Source of the DNA: Gammaproteobacteria bacterium
Lineage (GTDB): Bacteria > Pseudomonadota > Gammaproteobacteria > Methylococcales > DRLZ01
Direction of reading: 5' to 3'
Length of the DNA stretch: 64,000 nt
Assembly: GCA_022600935.1 (NCBI GenBank)
Contig: JAHZJL010000221.1
Span: forward strand, 860 to 64,859
Shown here: positions 51,974 through 61,501 of the stretch, piece after piece
How the letters are laid out: every line of letters begins with the position of its first letter
Numbering within the stretch: the stretch's first letter is position 1
Notes under the pieces: generated by a model
Database searches by the model: none
Told to the model about the DNA's origin: nothing
What the model saw: the letters and a program-made list of their open reading frames with translations, nothing else
Position numbers and translations under genes: made by a program

Positions 51974-53098
51974 ATGGGCGTACCTTTACGACAGCAAATG
52001 GCCGTAGGGCGATACCTTCTCAAACAGAAAATCAAGGGCATCAAGCGCTATCCTCTGGTGTTAATGCTGGAACCCTTGTTTCAATGTAATCTGGCCTGTG
52101 CAGGTTGTGGGAAAATTGATTATCCGAAAGAGATTCTGGAAAAACGCTTGAGTGTTGACGAATGTCTGCAAGCTGTCGATGAATGCGGTGCACCGATCAT
52201 TTCTATTCCAGGTGGTGAGCCATTGTTGCATAAGGAAATGCCACAGATTGTAGAAGGAATCATTGAGCGCAGGAAATTCGTTTATCTGTGTACCAACGCA
52301 TTATTATTGAAAAAACGCATCAAGGATTACACGCCATCTCCATATCTGACGTTTTCAGTGCATCTGGATGGGCTCAAAGAACGTCATGATGAAGCCGTAT
52401 GCCAGGACGGTACATTTGATCGTGCAGTAGAGGCGATTCAAATTGCCTTGCAAAAAGGATTCAGGGTAACAGTCAATTGCACATTGTTTGATGGCGAAGA
52501 AGCCGATCATGTTGCTGAGTTTCTGGATTATGCAATGGAGCTGGGTGTGGAAGGTGTCACCATTTCACCAGGGTTCAGCTATGAACGCGCACCGAACCAG
52601 GATGTCTTTATCAAAAACAGCACCACTAAGCGCTTGTTTCGCGGGATTTTTCGAATTGGCAAAAACAAGAAATGGCGGCTCAATCATTCCAGTCTGTATC
52701 TGGATTTTCTGGCTGGTAATCAGAAATATGATTGCACACCCTGGGGTAATCCGACCCGCAATATTTTTGGCTGGCAAAAACCGTGTTACCTGTTATCCGA
52801 TGAAGGTTACAGTGATAGCTTCCAGGGCTTGATGGAAGAAACACCCTGGGAAAATTATGGCAGTGCTAAAAACCCAAAATGTTCAAACTGCATGGCACAT
52901 TGCGGATACGAGGCAACAGCTGTATCAGATACATTGAACAATCCGTTCAAAGCCTTGGTTGCCAATTTAAGAGGGCCACGCACAGAAGGACCGATGGTTG
53001 CAGATCCTCAATTGGTCTCAACGATTGAAGCAGGCGAATTTCCAATTAAATTTGAACAGAAAAAATCAGTTCAGCAGGAAGAGGAAACTGTCAATTAG
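51974..53098 (+). CDS. hpnH: Radical SAM adenosyl-hopene transferase HpnH
   Basis: 374 aa with the radical-SAM cluster motif CNLACAGCG and a C-terminal Cys-rich region. It is adjacent to ispH and a hopanoid GT2. Confidence 0.88.
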   Translation: MGVPLRQQMAVGRYLLKQKIKGIKRYPLVLMLEPLFQCNLACAGCGKIDYPKEILEKRLSVDECLQAVDECGAPIISIPGGEPLLHKEMPQIVEGIIERRKFVYLCTNALLLKKRIKDYTPSPYLTFSVHLDGLKERHDEAVCQDGTFDRAVEAIQIALQKGFRVTVNCTLFDGEEADHVAEFLDYAMELGVEGVTISPGFSYERAPNQDVFIKNSTTKRLFRGIFRIGKNKKWRLNHSSLYLDFLAGNQKYDCTPWGNPTRNIFGWQKPCYLLSDEGYSDSFQGLMEETPWENYGSAKNPKCSNCMAHCGYEATAVSDTLNNPFKALVANLRGPRTEGPMVADPQLVSTIEAGEFPIKFEQKKSVQQEEETVN

Positions 53099-53191
53099 GT
53101 GCAGTTGTCATCTTGCTATATGAGTGGAAATCGAACATATTAAATAATAAAATCTGTATTTACTGCAGAATAAAACCGAATACTACGAAGG

Positions 53192-54331
53192 ATGATATCG
53201 ATACTGTTCTGGATGTCAGCTTTTATTTGGCTGGTGATCCTAATATTACCTTGGAAGCCCTGGCGTACAACTGAAACACTGGAATCTGGGCCATCTGAAA
53301 ACCCTGCGACAGCAAATAGTTGTGATTTCAGTGATATCACAGTTGTTATTCCAGCACGTAATGAAGAGTACATAATAGATCAAACGCTTCGGGCGTTAGT
53401 CGAGAATTATTCAGCATTGAACATCATCGTTGTTGATGATAATTCTGTTGATCAGACAGCGAATATTGTTGATGCGTTTTCTGCTGAGCATAATGTGACT
53501 CTTGTCAGGGGCAAACCTCTGAAAAAAGGCTGGAGTGGCAAGCTCTGGGCACAGCAGCAAGCGGTGGAACAGGTGACTACCGGGCAAATTCTGTTTCTGG
53601 ATGCAGATATCACCTTAAAACCGGGAATTCTGTATCAGCTTGTTGAATTCAAGCAACAGACAAACTCCAGTTTGGTTTCCCTGATGGTTACGCCATCAAT
53701 GCAAAGTGAATGGGAGCGCCTGTTAATGCCGGCGTTTATCTATTTTTTCAAGTTTTTATATCCATTCCATCTATCCAATCAACCTGCCAGTCGGATTGCA
53801 GCCGCCGCTGGTGGATGCATCCTCGTAGATAAATCTGCTCTGGATACAATTGGCGGATTGAATGTCATCAAGAATGCCTTAATTGACGATTGCAGTCTGG
53901 CCAAAGCGATAAAAAGTGCTGGTTTCAAAACCTGGACCGGGTTGACACGTTCGGCCTGGAGCCATCGCGAATATACCGGTCTGCGGGAAATCTGGGATAT
54001 GGTTGCACGAACAGCTTATACCCAGCTCATGTACAGCATCAGCTTATTATTGGCCTGCACATTGATGATGCTGGTGTTATTCATTATACCAGTCAGTGGT
54101 CTGTTTTTTTTGGACATATCCCAACCGGAGTGGATTGCCGCACTGAGTGCTGTCATTTTGATGGCAATTACCTATACACCGACGTTGTCGTATTACAATC
54201 TGTCAGTTATCAAAGCCCTCGAGTTACCATTTATCGCTCTGATGTATTTGATGATGACCTGGCATTCAGCGGTTCGGTACTTTAGCGGGGAACGTTCGCG
54301 TTGGAAAGGACGAATATACGAGACCACATAA
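53192..54331 (+). CDS. Hopene-associated family-2 glycosyltransferase (HpnB-like; HpnI not excluded)
   Basis: 379 aa with the GT2 core (VVIPARNEE, VVDDNSVD, FLDADI), then AAAAGGCILV..IDDCSLAK and four or more C-terminal TM helices. From memory this matches the HpnB pattern. Confidence 0.72.
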   Translation: MISILFWMSAFIWLVILILPWKPWRTTETLESGPSENPATANSCDFSDITVVIPARNEEYIIDQTLRALVENYSALNIIVVDDNSVDQTANIVDAFSAEHNVTLVRGKPLKKGWSGKLWAQQQAVEQVTTGQILFLDADITLKPGILYQLVEFKQQTNSSLVSLMVTPSMQSEWERLLMPAFIYFFKFLYPFHLSNQPASRIAAAAGGCILVDKSALDTIGGLNVIKNALIDDCSLAKAIKSAGFKTWTGLTRSAWSHREYTGLREIWDMVARTAYTQLMYSISLLLACTLMMLVLFIIPVSGLFFLDISQPEWIAALSAVILMAITYTPTLSYYNLSVIKALELPFIALMYLMMTWHSAVRYFSGERSRWKGRIYETT

Positions 54332-54430
54332 ATGGTATCCTCGTCGGTTTAGAATAAACAGGCTAAATTCAGCTTGGTTTACAGTCTTTCCAGCGCAAAC
54401 ATACGGTTAAATTGAACATGAACGTCACTG

Positions 54431-54727
54431 TTAATAACGACGGCGGGTTGGGCAGTATCGACCGTTGTAATACCCCCCGCGTCTTCTAAATCTGCGGTTT
54501 CTCTGAAAAGAGCGCCCATCACGAAAACCACGGCGATAGCCGTAATCAATATTGCCTGAATATCCTGAACGAAACCCGTAGGACAAGCGTGAGCTGTAGG
54601 GTCGATAATAATTTCCATAGTTATAACCCTGGTAGCTGTCAAATCGAACCCCTGCCTGGCTTTCAGCGATACCGAAGGTTAGTAATAATGAAGCAAATAT
54701 TCCAAGTTTTAGACATTGTTTGAACAT
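54431..54727 (-). CDS. Small secreted Gly/Tyr/Arg-rich low-complexity protein (98 aa)
   Basis: A strong AGGAGG RBS lies 7 nt upstream of the ATG at 54727. The signal peptide is MFKQCLKLGIFASLLLTFGIAESQA. The mature part is dominated by Y, R and G (GYNYGNYYRPY, GYSGNIDYGYRRGFRDGR, RRFRRRGGYYNGRY). Confidence 0.65.
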   Translation of the reverse strand: MFKQCLKLGIFASLLLTFGIAESQAGVRFDSYQGYNYGNYYRPYSSRLSYGFRSGYSGNIDYGYRRGFRDGRSFQRNRRFRRRGGYYNGRYCPTRRRY

Positions 54728-54752
54728 GGTTTATCCTCCTGGATAGAAAAAT

Positions 54753-54780
54753 TGAACGAATAACACTGTTGATTCGTTCA
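54753..54780 (-). promoter_or_regulatory. Terminator-like leader hairpin immediately upstream of the RBS of the G/Y/R-rich protein gene
   Basis: A perfect 9-bp inverted repeat, tgaacgaat / attcgttca, encloses a 10-nt loop. On the minus strand it is followed by ATTTTTC, then AGGAGG and the ATG. Confidence 0.5.
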
Positions 54781-55110
54781 GGTTTTGATCATGGCATCAG
54801 ACATTGATCGTAATGTCTTAATATTCGTACCGTGACCTCTATGAGAATTTGGTATCAGCTTACATTAAGGGCATGAATTGTAACTAAACACGAGCTGAAT
54901 CCAGGTTAAACAGAGAGATATATTCGTTTTTTTCTGGTACAGCAGTTACCAGGTTAGACATTTGAAGTGTTTCTTACAAGTCTGACCATTTAAAGGCAAG
55001 AATGTTTGCATGTGCCATGCATTGGTTTCTGAATCACTGTCTGATTTGACAGCTATTAGCATCATTCTTCAGTAGCATGATTCAATGCAGAAGATGGCAT
55101 AAGCGGTATA

Positions 55111-55629
55111 ATGAATCTGACCATGACTAGAAAAACACCCATAAAATTACTTGATTCAAACGATATGATGCATCGCCACAATCATGACGATTGCATGGAA
55201 CATGCACTACAGGCTGCTGAATCAATTTGTGCCGGGCAGAATATTCGCCTGACACCAATCAGAAAACGAATACTGGAATTAATCTGTGCGAGCCATCAGG
55301 CAATCGGTGCATATCAGTTGCTTGATCAGCTGAAACTCGAAGATAGCAAGGCTAAACCGGCGACAGTATACAGAGCTCTTGATTTTCTGATGGATGCCGG
55401 ACTGGTCCATAAAGTGGAATCGTTAAACGCCTATATTGGTTGTTTAACCGCAGATAAAGACCATCACTCAGCGATTCTAATCTGCAAAAGTTGTAATAAT
55501 GCATTTGAAATTGATGCCGAGGTTTGTTACAGCGATTTATTCGAGAAAAGTCGCAGTTTTGGTTTTACCCCACATGAATTAACCCTGGAGCTACGCGGAG
55601 TTTGCGTTGATTGTCAGGCCAAAGCCTGA
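55111..55629 (+). CDS. zur: Fur-family metalloregulator, Zur-like
   Basis: 172 aa with a winged-helix part (RLTPIRKRILELI, ATVYRALDFLMDAGLVHKVE), CxxC pairs (CKSCNN, CVDCQ) and a His-rich N-terminus. The Zur rather than Fur call is from overall resemblance only. Confidence 0.72.
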   Translation: MNLTMTRKTPIKLLDSNDMMHRHNHDDCMEHALQAAESICAGQNIRLTPIRKRILELICASHQAIGAYQLLDQLKLEDSKAKPATVYRALDFLMDAGLVHKVESLNAYIGCLTADKDHHSAILICKSCNNAFEIDAEVCYSDLFEKSRSFGFTPHELTLELRGVCVDCQAKA

Positions 55630-55660
55630 AAATATCAATTAGCGGGGTCAACGCAGTGAA

Positions 55661-56575
55661 TTATTTTTTTTTGGCATGTGGGTGGGCTCTGTCGTAGACA
55701 TCTGCCAGATATTGAAAATCCAGATGTGTATAGATTTGAGTGGTGTTGATGTTGCTATGCCCGAGTAATTCCTGAACAGCGCGTAAATCACCGCTGGATT
55801 CAAGCATGTGACTTGCAAAGGAGTGGCGCAGCATATGCGGGTGGATGAGCTGATTGAATCCATGCTTCAAACACCAGTGTTTGATACGCTCCTGAATGCT
55901 GCGTGTTGCCAGTCGTTTGCCTTGTTTGCTGAGAAACAGTGCCGGAGTTGGTTGAGTCGATTGTGACTTGATGAACTGCGGTCTGATACTTAGCCAGCGG
56001 CGAATGGCCTTAACAGCATAACGACCTACCGGTACGATTCTTGACTTGTTTCCCTTGCCATGACGCACAAATACAGTTTTTTCATTGAGTTCGAGATCCG
56101 CGACATCAAGACTGGCCAGCTCGCTCAAGCGCAATCCGGAAGAATAAAACAACTCTAGAATTGCCAGATCACGGATCTCCAGCTCAGTCTGTGCGGGCTG
56201 GTTGAGCAGACCGTTGAGCTGGTCGACATCCAGGGTTTTAGGTAAAGGTCTGGATGCGCGAGGTGCTTTGACATGACGCCCGGGGTTGTGGTCACAGCGA
56301 TTGGTCTCAATCAGATAATGGTAAAAAGACCGTGTTGCCGATAACAAACGCTGTATAGTGCGGCTGCTGATGTTTTGCTGATAACGCGCAGAAATACAGG
56401 CCTGGATATGATGTGGTTTTAGTGACTGCCAATCAGGAATTTGATGTTGACGGCAATAGTCCTGCAGAATGGACAAATCGCGCGCATAATTTGAAATGGT
56501 ATGGGAGGAGGCGCGTTTCTCTATTTTTAAGTGGTTCAGATAGTCATTAACACTTTGAGTTGATGACGGGCTCAT
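55661..56575 (-). CDS. xerC: Tyrosine recombinase XerC
   Basis: 304 aa with catalytic-region motifs (LSGLRLSEL, HMLRHSFASHML, LLGHSNINTTQIYTH). It sits in the dapF-DUF484-xerC synteny. Confidence 0.9.
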   Translation of the reverse strand: MSPSSTQSVNDYLNHLKIEKRASSHTISNYARDLSILQDYCRQHQIPDWQSLKPHHIQACISARYQQNISSRTIQRLLSATRSFYHYLIETNRCDHNPGRHVKAPRASRPLPKTLDVDQLNGLLNQPAQTELEIRDLAILELFYSSGLRLSELASLDVADLELNEKTVFVRHGKGNKSRIVPVGRYAVKAIRRWLSIRPQFIKSQSTQPTPALFLSKQGKRLATRSIQERIKHWCLKHGFNQLIHPHMLRHSFASHMLESSGDLRAVQELLGHSNINTTQIYTHLDFQYLADVYDRAHPHAKKK

Positions 56576-56584
56576 GCCAAAGCT

Positions 56585-57370
56585 TCAATCCGGGATATTA
56601 TCGTCATCATCACTGAATAACTGCTCGACAACGGCATCGAAAGTCTTCGTGGCTGTGGCTTCATCGACTAGACTGGAAAAGCGCAACCCCACAAGCTCGG
56701 CCATTTGAGTTAAAAACATGATGCCAGCATCGTTGGCAAAGCGGTTTTTGTCGCGACTACCGATGCTCATCAATGCTGCAAACCCGTTGTGTTGAATCGG
56801 GATAATTGCGCAAGAAGCAACTTGCTCGGCATTATTGGGAAACAGGAATTCAAGTTGTTCCTGAGACGCGTGGCCGCATTGGGGCTGGTTGTTTTCGATA
56901 ATTGCCGCAAACAATTGCAAGGCATGGTTGTCAGGTGAAATTGCAAGATCACGCATACCACGAGAAGGAAGTACCGAATCTGTTTCGCCATCCATGATGA
57001 TATTCAGAGAAACAAAGTCAGTCGAGAAATTACTCTGTAACATATCAGTCAGTGACTGGATTGCTTCTTCAAGGGTATGGGCTTTCATTAAGGCCAGTAC
57101 CAAAGAGTGCATTTTTCGCAGCACCGCATCGTTATTGCGGCCAATATCCACCAGGTCTTTGTATTGTTTTTGCAGTTTGCGATTCTCATCGCGCAGCAGT
57201 TCCAGTTGTTTGGCAACTAAAGAAACAGCTTCACCCGAAGGATGAGGAATATACAGAGATTTCAGCAGTTCTGTATGGTCTTGAAAAAATTCCGGATGAC
57301 GCGCCAGGTAATTGGCCACAAGTTCAGGTGATATTTTTTCAGCCAGGTGTTCCGGTCGTTCATATGTCAT
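56585..57370 (-). CDS. DUF484 family protein (YigA)
   Basis: 261 aa with an N-terminal VANYLARHPEFFQDHTELL and a GAF-like C-terminal half. It holds the conserved position between dapF and xerC. Confidence 0.82.
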   Translation of the reverse strand: MTYERPEHLAEKISPELVANYLARHPEFFQDHTELLKSLYIPHPSGEAVSLVAKQLELLRDENRKLQKQYKDLVDIGRNNDAVLRKMHSLVLALMKAHTLEEAIQSLTDMLQSNFSTDFVSLNIIMDGETDSVLPSRGMRDLAISPDNHALQLFAAIIENNQPQCGHASQEQLEFLFPNNAEQVASCAIIPIQHNGFAALMSIGSRDKNRFANDAGIMFLTQMAELVGLRFSSLVDEATATKTFDAVVEQLFSDDDDNIPD

Positions 57371-58197
57371 AATGTCATTGACCCTTCAAAGACAGTCGTT
57401 GCTGTTCCAGTCATGATTACAGGCTGACCCTCTCCCTGCCATTCAATCGTGAGACTGCCACCAGGTAGATCAACTGTAACCGGAGAATCCAGGTGGCCTT
57501 GTTCAATACCTACAACAACAGCAGCACATGCGCCACTGCCACAAGCAAGTGTTTCACCCGCGCCACGCTCGAACACACGTAACTGAATGTGTTGCAGATC
57601 GATTATTTGCATAAATCCGATATTGGCCCGTTCTGGAAAGATTTGATGGTTTTCCATCACGGCACCGAGGGACTGGACTGGAGCGAGGTCCAGCTTATCA
57701 ACCAGGATAACCGCATGCGGGTTGCCTAATGAAACAGCTCCATAGGAAATTGTTTGCCCATCAATGGATAAGGTATAGCTTGTTTTTCGGGATTCGGCAA
57801 GTAAAGGAACCTGATTTGGTTCAAAAACTGGGACTCCCAAATTAACGGATACCGTGTCATCCGGGTTAATCGTCAATGTCATCAAGGATGACTGGGTTTC
57901 AACTCGGATGATGTTTTTATCAGTTAATTGTTTGTCTTGGACAAATCTGGCAAAGCAACGAGCGCCATTGCCGCATTGACCAACTTCAGAACCGTCAGCA
58001 TTGAATATCCTGTAACGAAAATCGATAGCCGGATTTGATGACTGTTCAACAACCAGTATCTGATCACAGCCTATACCAAAGTGCCTGTCTGCAATGGCCT
58101 TGAGTTGACCATCGCTCAACTGGACAGGTTTCCGGGTTGCATCGATGACGACAAAGTCATTACCCAGTCCGTGCATTTTGGTAAATTCCAGCATCAT
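57367..58197 (-). CDS. dapF: Diaminopimelate epimerase
   Basis: 276 aa with FTKMHGLGNDF and both catalytic Cys contexts (GQCGNGARC, LACGSGA). Confidence 0.96.
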   Translation of the reverse strand: MMLEFTKMHGLGNDFVVIDATRKPVQLSDGQLKAIADRHFGIGCDQILVVEQSSNPAIDFRYRIFNADGSEVGQCGNGARCFARFVQDKQLTDKNIIRVETQSSLMTLTINPDDTVSVNLGVPVFEPNQVPLLAESRKTSYTLSIDGQTISYGAVSLGNPHAVILVDKLDLAPVQSLGAVMENHQIFPERANIGFMQIIDLQHIQLRVFERGAGETLACGSGACAAVVVGIEQGHLDSPVTVDLPGGSLTIEWQGEGQPVIMTGTATTVFEGSMTL

Positions 58198-59438
58198 GGC
58201 AAAATGTTTTCACCGCTCCATAACGACTCAATGGTTTCACGTTTTCGTATCAAATGGGTTTGGTCGCCATCAACCATTACTTCTGGTGGTCTTGGTCGTG
58301 AATTGTAATTCGAACTCATGACAAAACCGTATGCACCGGCTGAACAGATAGCCAGTAAATCCTGTTCCTGAATCGCCAGCTGACGCTGTTTACCCAGAAA
58401 ATCTCCAGTTTCACAGACTGGCCCGACAATATCGTACACCTTGTTTTCAGCAGAACCTGGGTTAACCAGGATAATATCATGCCAGGCTTGATACAACGAT
58501 GGTCTGAGCAAATCATTCATGGCAGCATCAACGATGGCAAAATGATGAGCTGCTGTCTGTTTCAGGTACTCGACTCGTGTCACCAGAATGCCTGCGTTTC
58601 CGGCAATAGCACGTCCGGGTTCCAGTATGATTTCATAGTGTGTATCAGCCAGTCTGGACAATAACACATCAGCATATTCACCAGGGCTTGGAGGTGTTTC
58701 ATCAGCATAGCGAATACCCAGTCCGCCACCCAGATCCAGATGAGTCAGTCGAATCCCGGTTTGTTGCAGTTGATCAAGTAATCTCAACATTCGATCCAGT
58801 GCAGCACCAAATGGTTCCAGCTCGGTTAACTGTGATCCAATATGGCAATCCATGCCGACGACATCAATGGCATTCAGTTGGCTGGCATGACGGTAAACAT
58901 CCAGCGCAATATCCATATCAATGCCAAACTTGTTTTCTTTCAACCCGGTTGAAATATAGGGATGTGTCTGTGGGTCGACATCCGGGTTAACGCGAATCGA
59001 GACTGGAGCACGTTTCCCAAGTTTGTCAGCGATGCGATTGATTCGGTCAAGTTCCTCAACAACTTCCACATTAAAACAACGAATACCGACTTCAAGCGCT
59101 CTTTCAATTTCATCATTGCGCTTGCCTACCCCGGAAAATACGACCGAACTGGGTTGGCCTTGCGCTTTCAGAACCCGTTCAAGTTCACCTATTGAGACGA
59201 TGTCAAAACCGGAACCCAGTTTGGCAAGAACATTGAGAACAGCCAGATTGGAATTAGCCTTGACGGCATAGCAAATTAAATGCGGGTGATTTTGTAAAGC
59301 CTGGTCAAATGCAGTCCAGTGTTGTTCAAGAGCGGATTTGGAATAGACATAACACGGCGTACCATATTGCGATACGATATTTTCCACTGCAACAGATTCT
59401 ACGAATAACCGGTTATTATTGTCATTAAAATAATTCAT
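58194..59438 (-). CDS. lysA: Diaminopimelate decarboxylase
   Basis: 414 aa, fold-III PLP decarboxylase, with YAVKANSN, GGGLGI and a CESGD-like CETGD. Confidence 0.95.
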   Translation of the reverse strand: MNYFNDNNNRLFVESVAVENIVSQYGTPCYVYSKSALEQHWTAFDQALQNHPHLICYAVKANSNLAVLNVLAKLGSGFDIVSIGELERVLKAQGQPSSVVFSGVGKRNDEIERALEVGIRCFNVEVVEELDRINRIADKLGKRAPVSIRVNPDVDPQTHPYISTGLKENKFGIDMDIALDVYRHASQLNAIDVVGMDCHIGSQLTELEPFGAALDRMLRLLDQLQQTGIRLTHLDLGGGLGIRYADETPPSPGEYADVLLSRLADTHYEIILEPGRAIAGNAGILVTRVEYLKQTAAHHFAIVDAAMNDLLRPSLYQAWHDIILVNPGSAENKVYDIVGPVCETGDFLGKQRQLAIQEQDLLAICSAGAYGFVMSSNYNSRPRPPEVMVDGDQTHLIRKRETIESLWSGENILP

Positions 59439-59449
59439 AAGAAAATAAT

Positions 59450-59608
59450 TTATTGGCTGATATCTTCTGAGTCTTCATCCTTGTTCTGATCTGCTTTTTT
59501 GTTAGGTGCCGTGTTTTCAGGTTTCGGTTCTTCCAGAAATAAATCGCCTTTTTGTCCACAGCCAGGCAGGATTGAAATTACAAACAGAATCAGTAGACAA
59601 TATTTCAT
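59450..59608 (-). CDS. lptM: Small lipoprotein LptM/YifL family (52 aa)
   Basis: Below the 60-aa track cut-off and found by my own translation: MKYCLLILFVISILPGCGQKGDLFLEEPKPENTAPNKKADQNKDEDSEDISQ*. It has a lipobox LPGC followed by GQKGDL, the family hallmark. It occupies the conserved slot upstream of lysA/dapF. Confidence 0.8.
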   Translation of the reverse strand: MKYCLLILFVISILPGCGQKGDLFLEEPKPENTAPNKKADQNKDEDSEDISQ

Positions 59609-59853
59609 GGTTTTCACAATCAGTGTATGTGGTTAGGGTTTGTTGACAGGGGTAGTCATGATACATGAATCATGACAGATCAAAAACTCGATGAGTGGTG
59701 TCCTGGTCGGTTATAAGGGACCATTACAAAACACGTCAGCTTAGTCAATAATCAGTGATTTGTTTTTAGGTGACTTTCGTTTGGTCATGGTTCAAAGTGT
59801 ATTTAAAGGCTATCTTAAGAATTGGCAAGCCTTTTCTGATCACTTGTGATCAA

Positions 59854-60687
59854 TCAGTGCTGGCAATTGGGGCAATACCAGCTTGAGCGTTGGTTTTGAG
59901 TGATTTTACGGATTGGTGTGGAGCAATTCAAGCATGGTTGTTTGTCACGGCCATACACTCTGAGTTGCTGTTGAAAGTAGCCTGGATTGCCTTTGGAATT
60001 GACAAAATCTCTAAGTGTTGTCCCGCCTAGTGCTATGGCATTCTCGATGACTCGTTTGGCATGAGGCACAAGGACCTCATAGCGTTTTCTGGAAATTCTT
60101 CCGGCAGCCCTGAGTGGATGAATACCGGCCAAATGCAGTGATTCAGTCGCATAGATATTCCCCAATCCCACAACAATGTGACTGTCCATAATAAAATTTT
60201 TGATACTCAAACTGCGATTTCGCGAGCGTTGATGCAAATACGCACCTGTGAACTCATCACCCAGGGGTTCAGGGCCAAGGTCTTTGAGTAAAACGTGAGT
60301 GTCTGGTTCCTGATCCGGGCATTCCAGAATACAGCCGAATCGGCGTGGGTCATGAAAGCGCAGAATGGTCTGGTTATCCAGAATAAAATCCACATGGTCA
60401 TGTTTTCGCGGTTGTTGACACTGATCGACAATCCGCAAGCTGCCCGACATGCCCAGGTGAACCAATAACGTAGCATTCTGTTCATCATTCAACCTGGTTT
60501 CGAATAACAGGTATTTACCACGTCGCCTGATCGCTGTTACTGTGCTGCCGGTGTATTTATCCGCAAGATAATTCGGGATGGGCCAGCGCAGACTGGGTTG
60601 ACGGACGATGATGTGCTGAATGGTGTGATTCCTGACATGTGGTTCAAGACCAAAACGCGTGGTTTCTACCTCTGGAAGTTCAGGCAT
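59854..60687 (-). CDS. mutM: Formamidopyrimidine-DNA glycosylase
   Basis: 277 aa with the N-terminus MPELPEVETTR and a C-terminal zinc finger (CLNCSTPI...YCPNCQ). Confidence 0.96.
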   Translation of the reverse strand: MPELPEVETTRFGLEPHVRNHTIQHIIVRQPSLRWPIPNYLADKYTGSTVTAIRRRGKYLLFETRLNDEQNATLLVHLGMSGSLRIVDQCQQPRKHDHVDFILDNQTILRFHDPRRFGCILECPDQEPDTHVLLKDLGPEPLGDEFTGAYLHQRSRNRSLSIKNFIMDSHIVVGLGNIYATESLHLAGIHPLRAAGRISRKRYEVLVPHAKRVIENAIALGGTTLRDFVNSKGNPGYFQQQLRVYGRDKQPCLNCSTPIRKITQNQRSSWYCPNCQH

Positions 60688-60762
60688 GGGATGCTGCTGG
60701 ATATGGCAGAAAGATCAGCCTACTGATGACACTGATTTGATCGCTCAGGCGACTGGCGACAG

Positions 60763-61383
60763 TCAGGCAGCGCGAAGTAATTTCTCTGTTTCTGCTAGGA
60801 GTTGCTTGCGGCCAATCAGCAATTTCCAGCGGCTGCCTCCGGCTTGTCGCCATAACATGGCTGAACGGACACCAGCGAGTAACAATGTTCTGATTTTGTT
60901 GATATTGACGGCACTGGTTAAGTGAGCCTGGTTACCCTGGACCATTACATGAGGGCGAATTTGGCTTAATGAATTCTCATAAGTTTTAGCCAGTTTGGCA
61001 ATGACATCCTGGTGGACAATCGGATGCTCTTTACTCACTTCTATGGCTTCCTTGATGCCGTCCTGAATCTGTTGCTGCATCGGTCGAGAGCCTTCCAGCT
61101 TGTTTTCCAGATAAATCAGACTGGCTGCGTACCGTCCCTGGTTACGGTCAAAATCGCGATTGCCTGAAAGCTGGCTGCGCAACACTCTGAATCCTGGTCG
61201 CAATTTAGTCAGACCGCCGTAAACATCTTCAATGGATTCAGCGTCGACTTTCAGGATGCTGTTGACCAGAGTTTCCAGTGAATCAGCATCGACTGCCCCA
61301 TTGACAGCCAGTTGACGAACCAGATCAGTTGCCAGTGAAAGTCCTGCAAGAGCGATTGCCTGATTACGATATGATTTCTGCAT
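60763..61383 (-). CDS. hflD: High-frequency-of-lysogenization protein HflD
   Basis: 206 aa with an N-terminal NQAIALAGLSLATDLVRQLA, typical of HflD. Confidence 0.82.
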   Translation of the reverse strand: MQKSYRNQAIALAGLSLATDLVRQLAVNGAVDADSLETLVNSILKVDAESIEDVYGGLTKLRPGFRVLRSQLSGNRDFDRNQGRYAASLIYLENKLEGSRPMQQQIQDGIKEAIEVSKEHPIVHQDVIAKLAKTYENSLSQIRPHVMVQGNQAHLTSAVNINKIRTLLLAGVRSAMLWRQAGGSRWKLLIGRKQLLAETEKLLRAA

Positions 61384-61501
61384 AATGAATAAGTCGATGG
61401 GTTAACAAGTTTGAGTTTCTGTGATCGCCCAATTCAAGGTTTGAGTTGAATTTAGTGAAATTGACGCCATTTAATAGTTATATCAGGAGAAGCGCAAATC
61501 G

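Noticed and set aside
54379-54642. Alternative 87-aa minus-strand ORF overlapping the G/Y/R-rich gene in another frame
   Set aside because: It has a TTG start with no RBS and no signal or motif. The 98-aa frame has AGGAGG plus a signal peptide. Expression data are still needed because low-complexity DNA can mislead.
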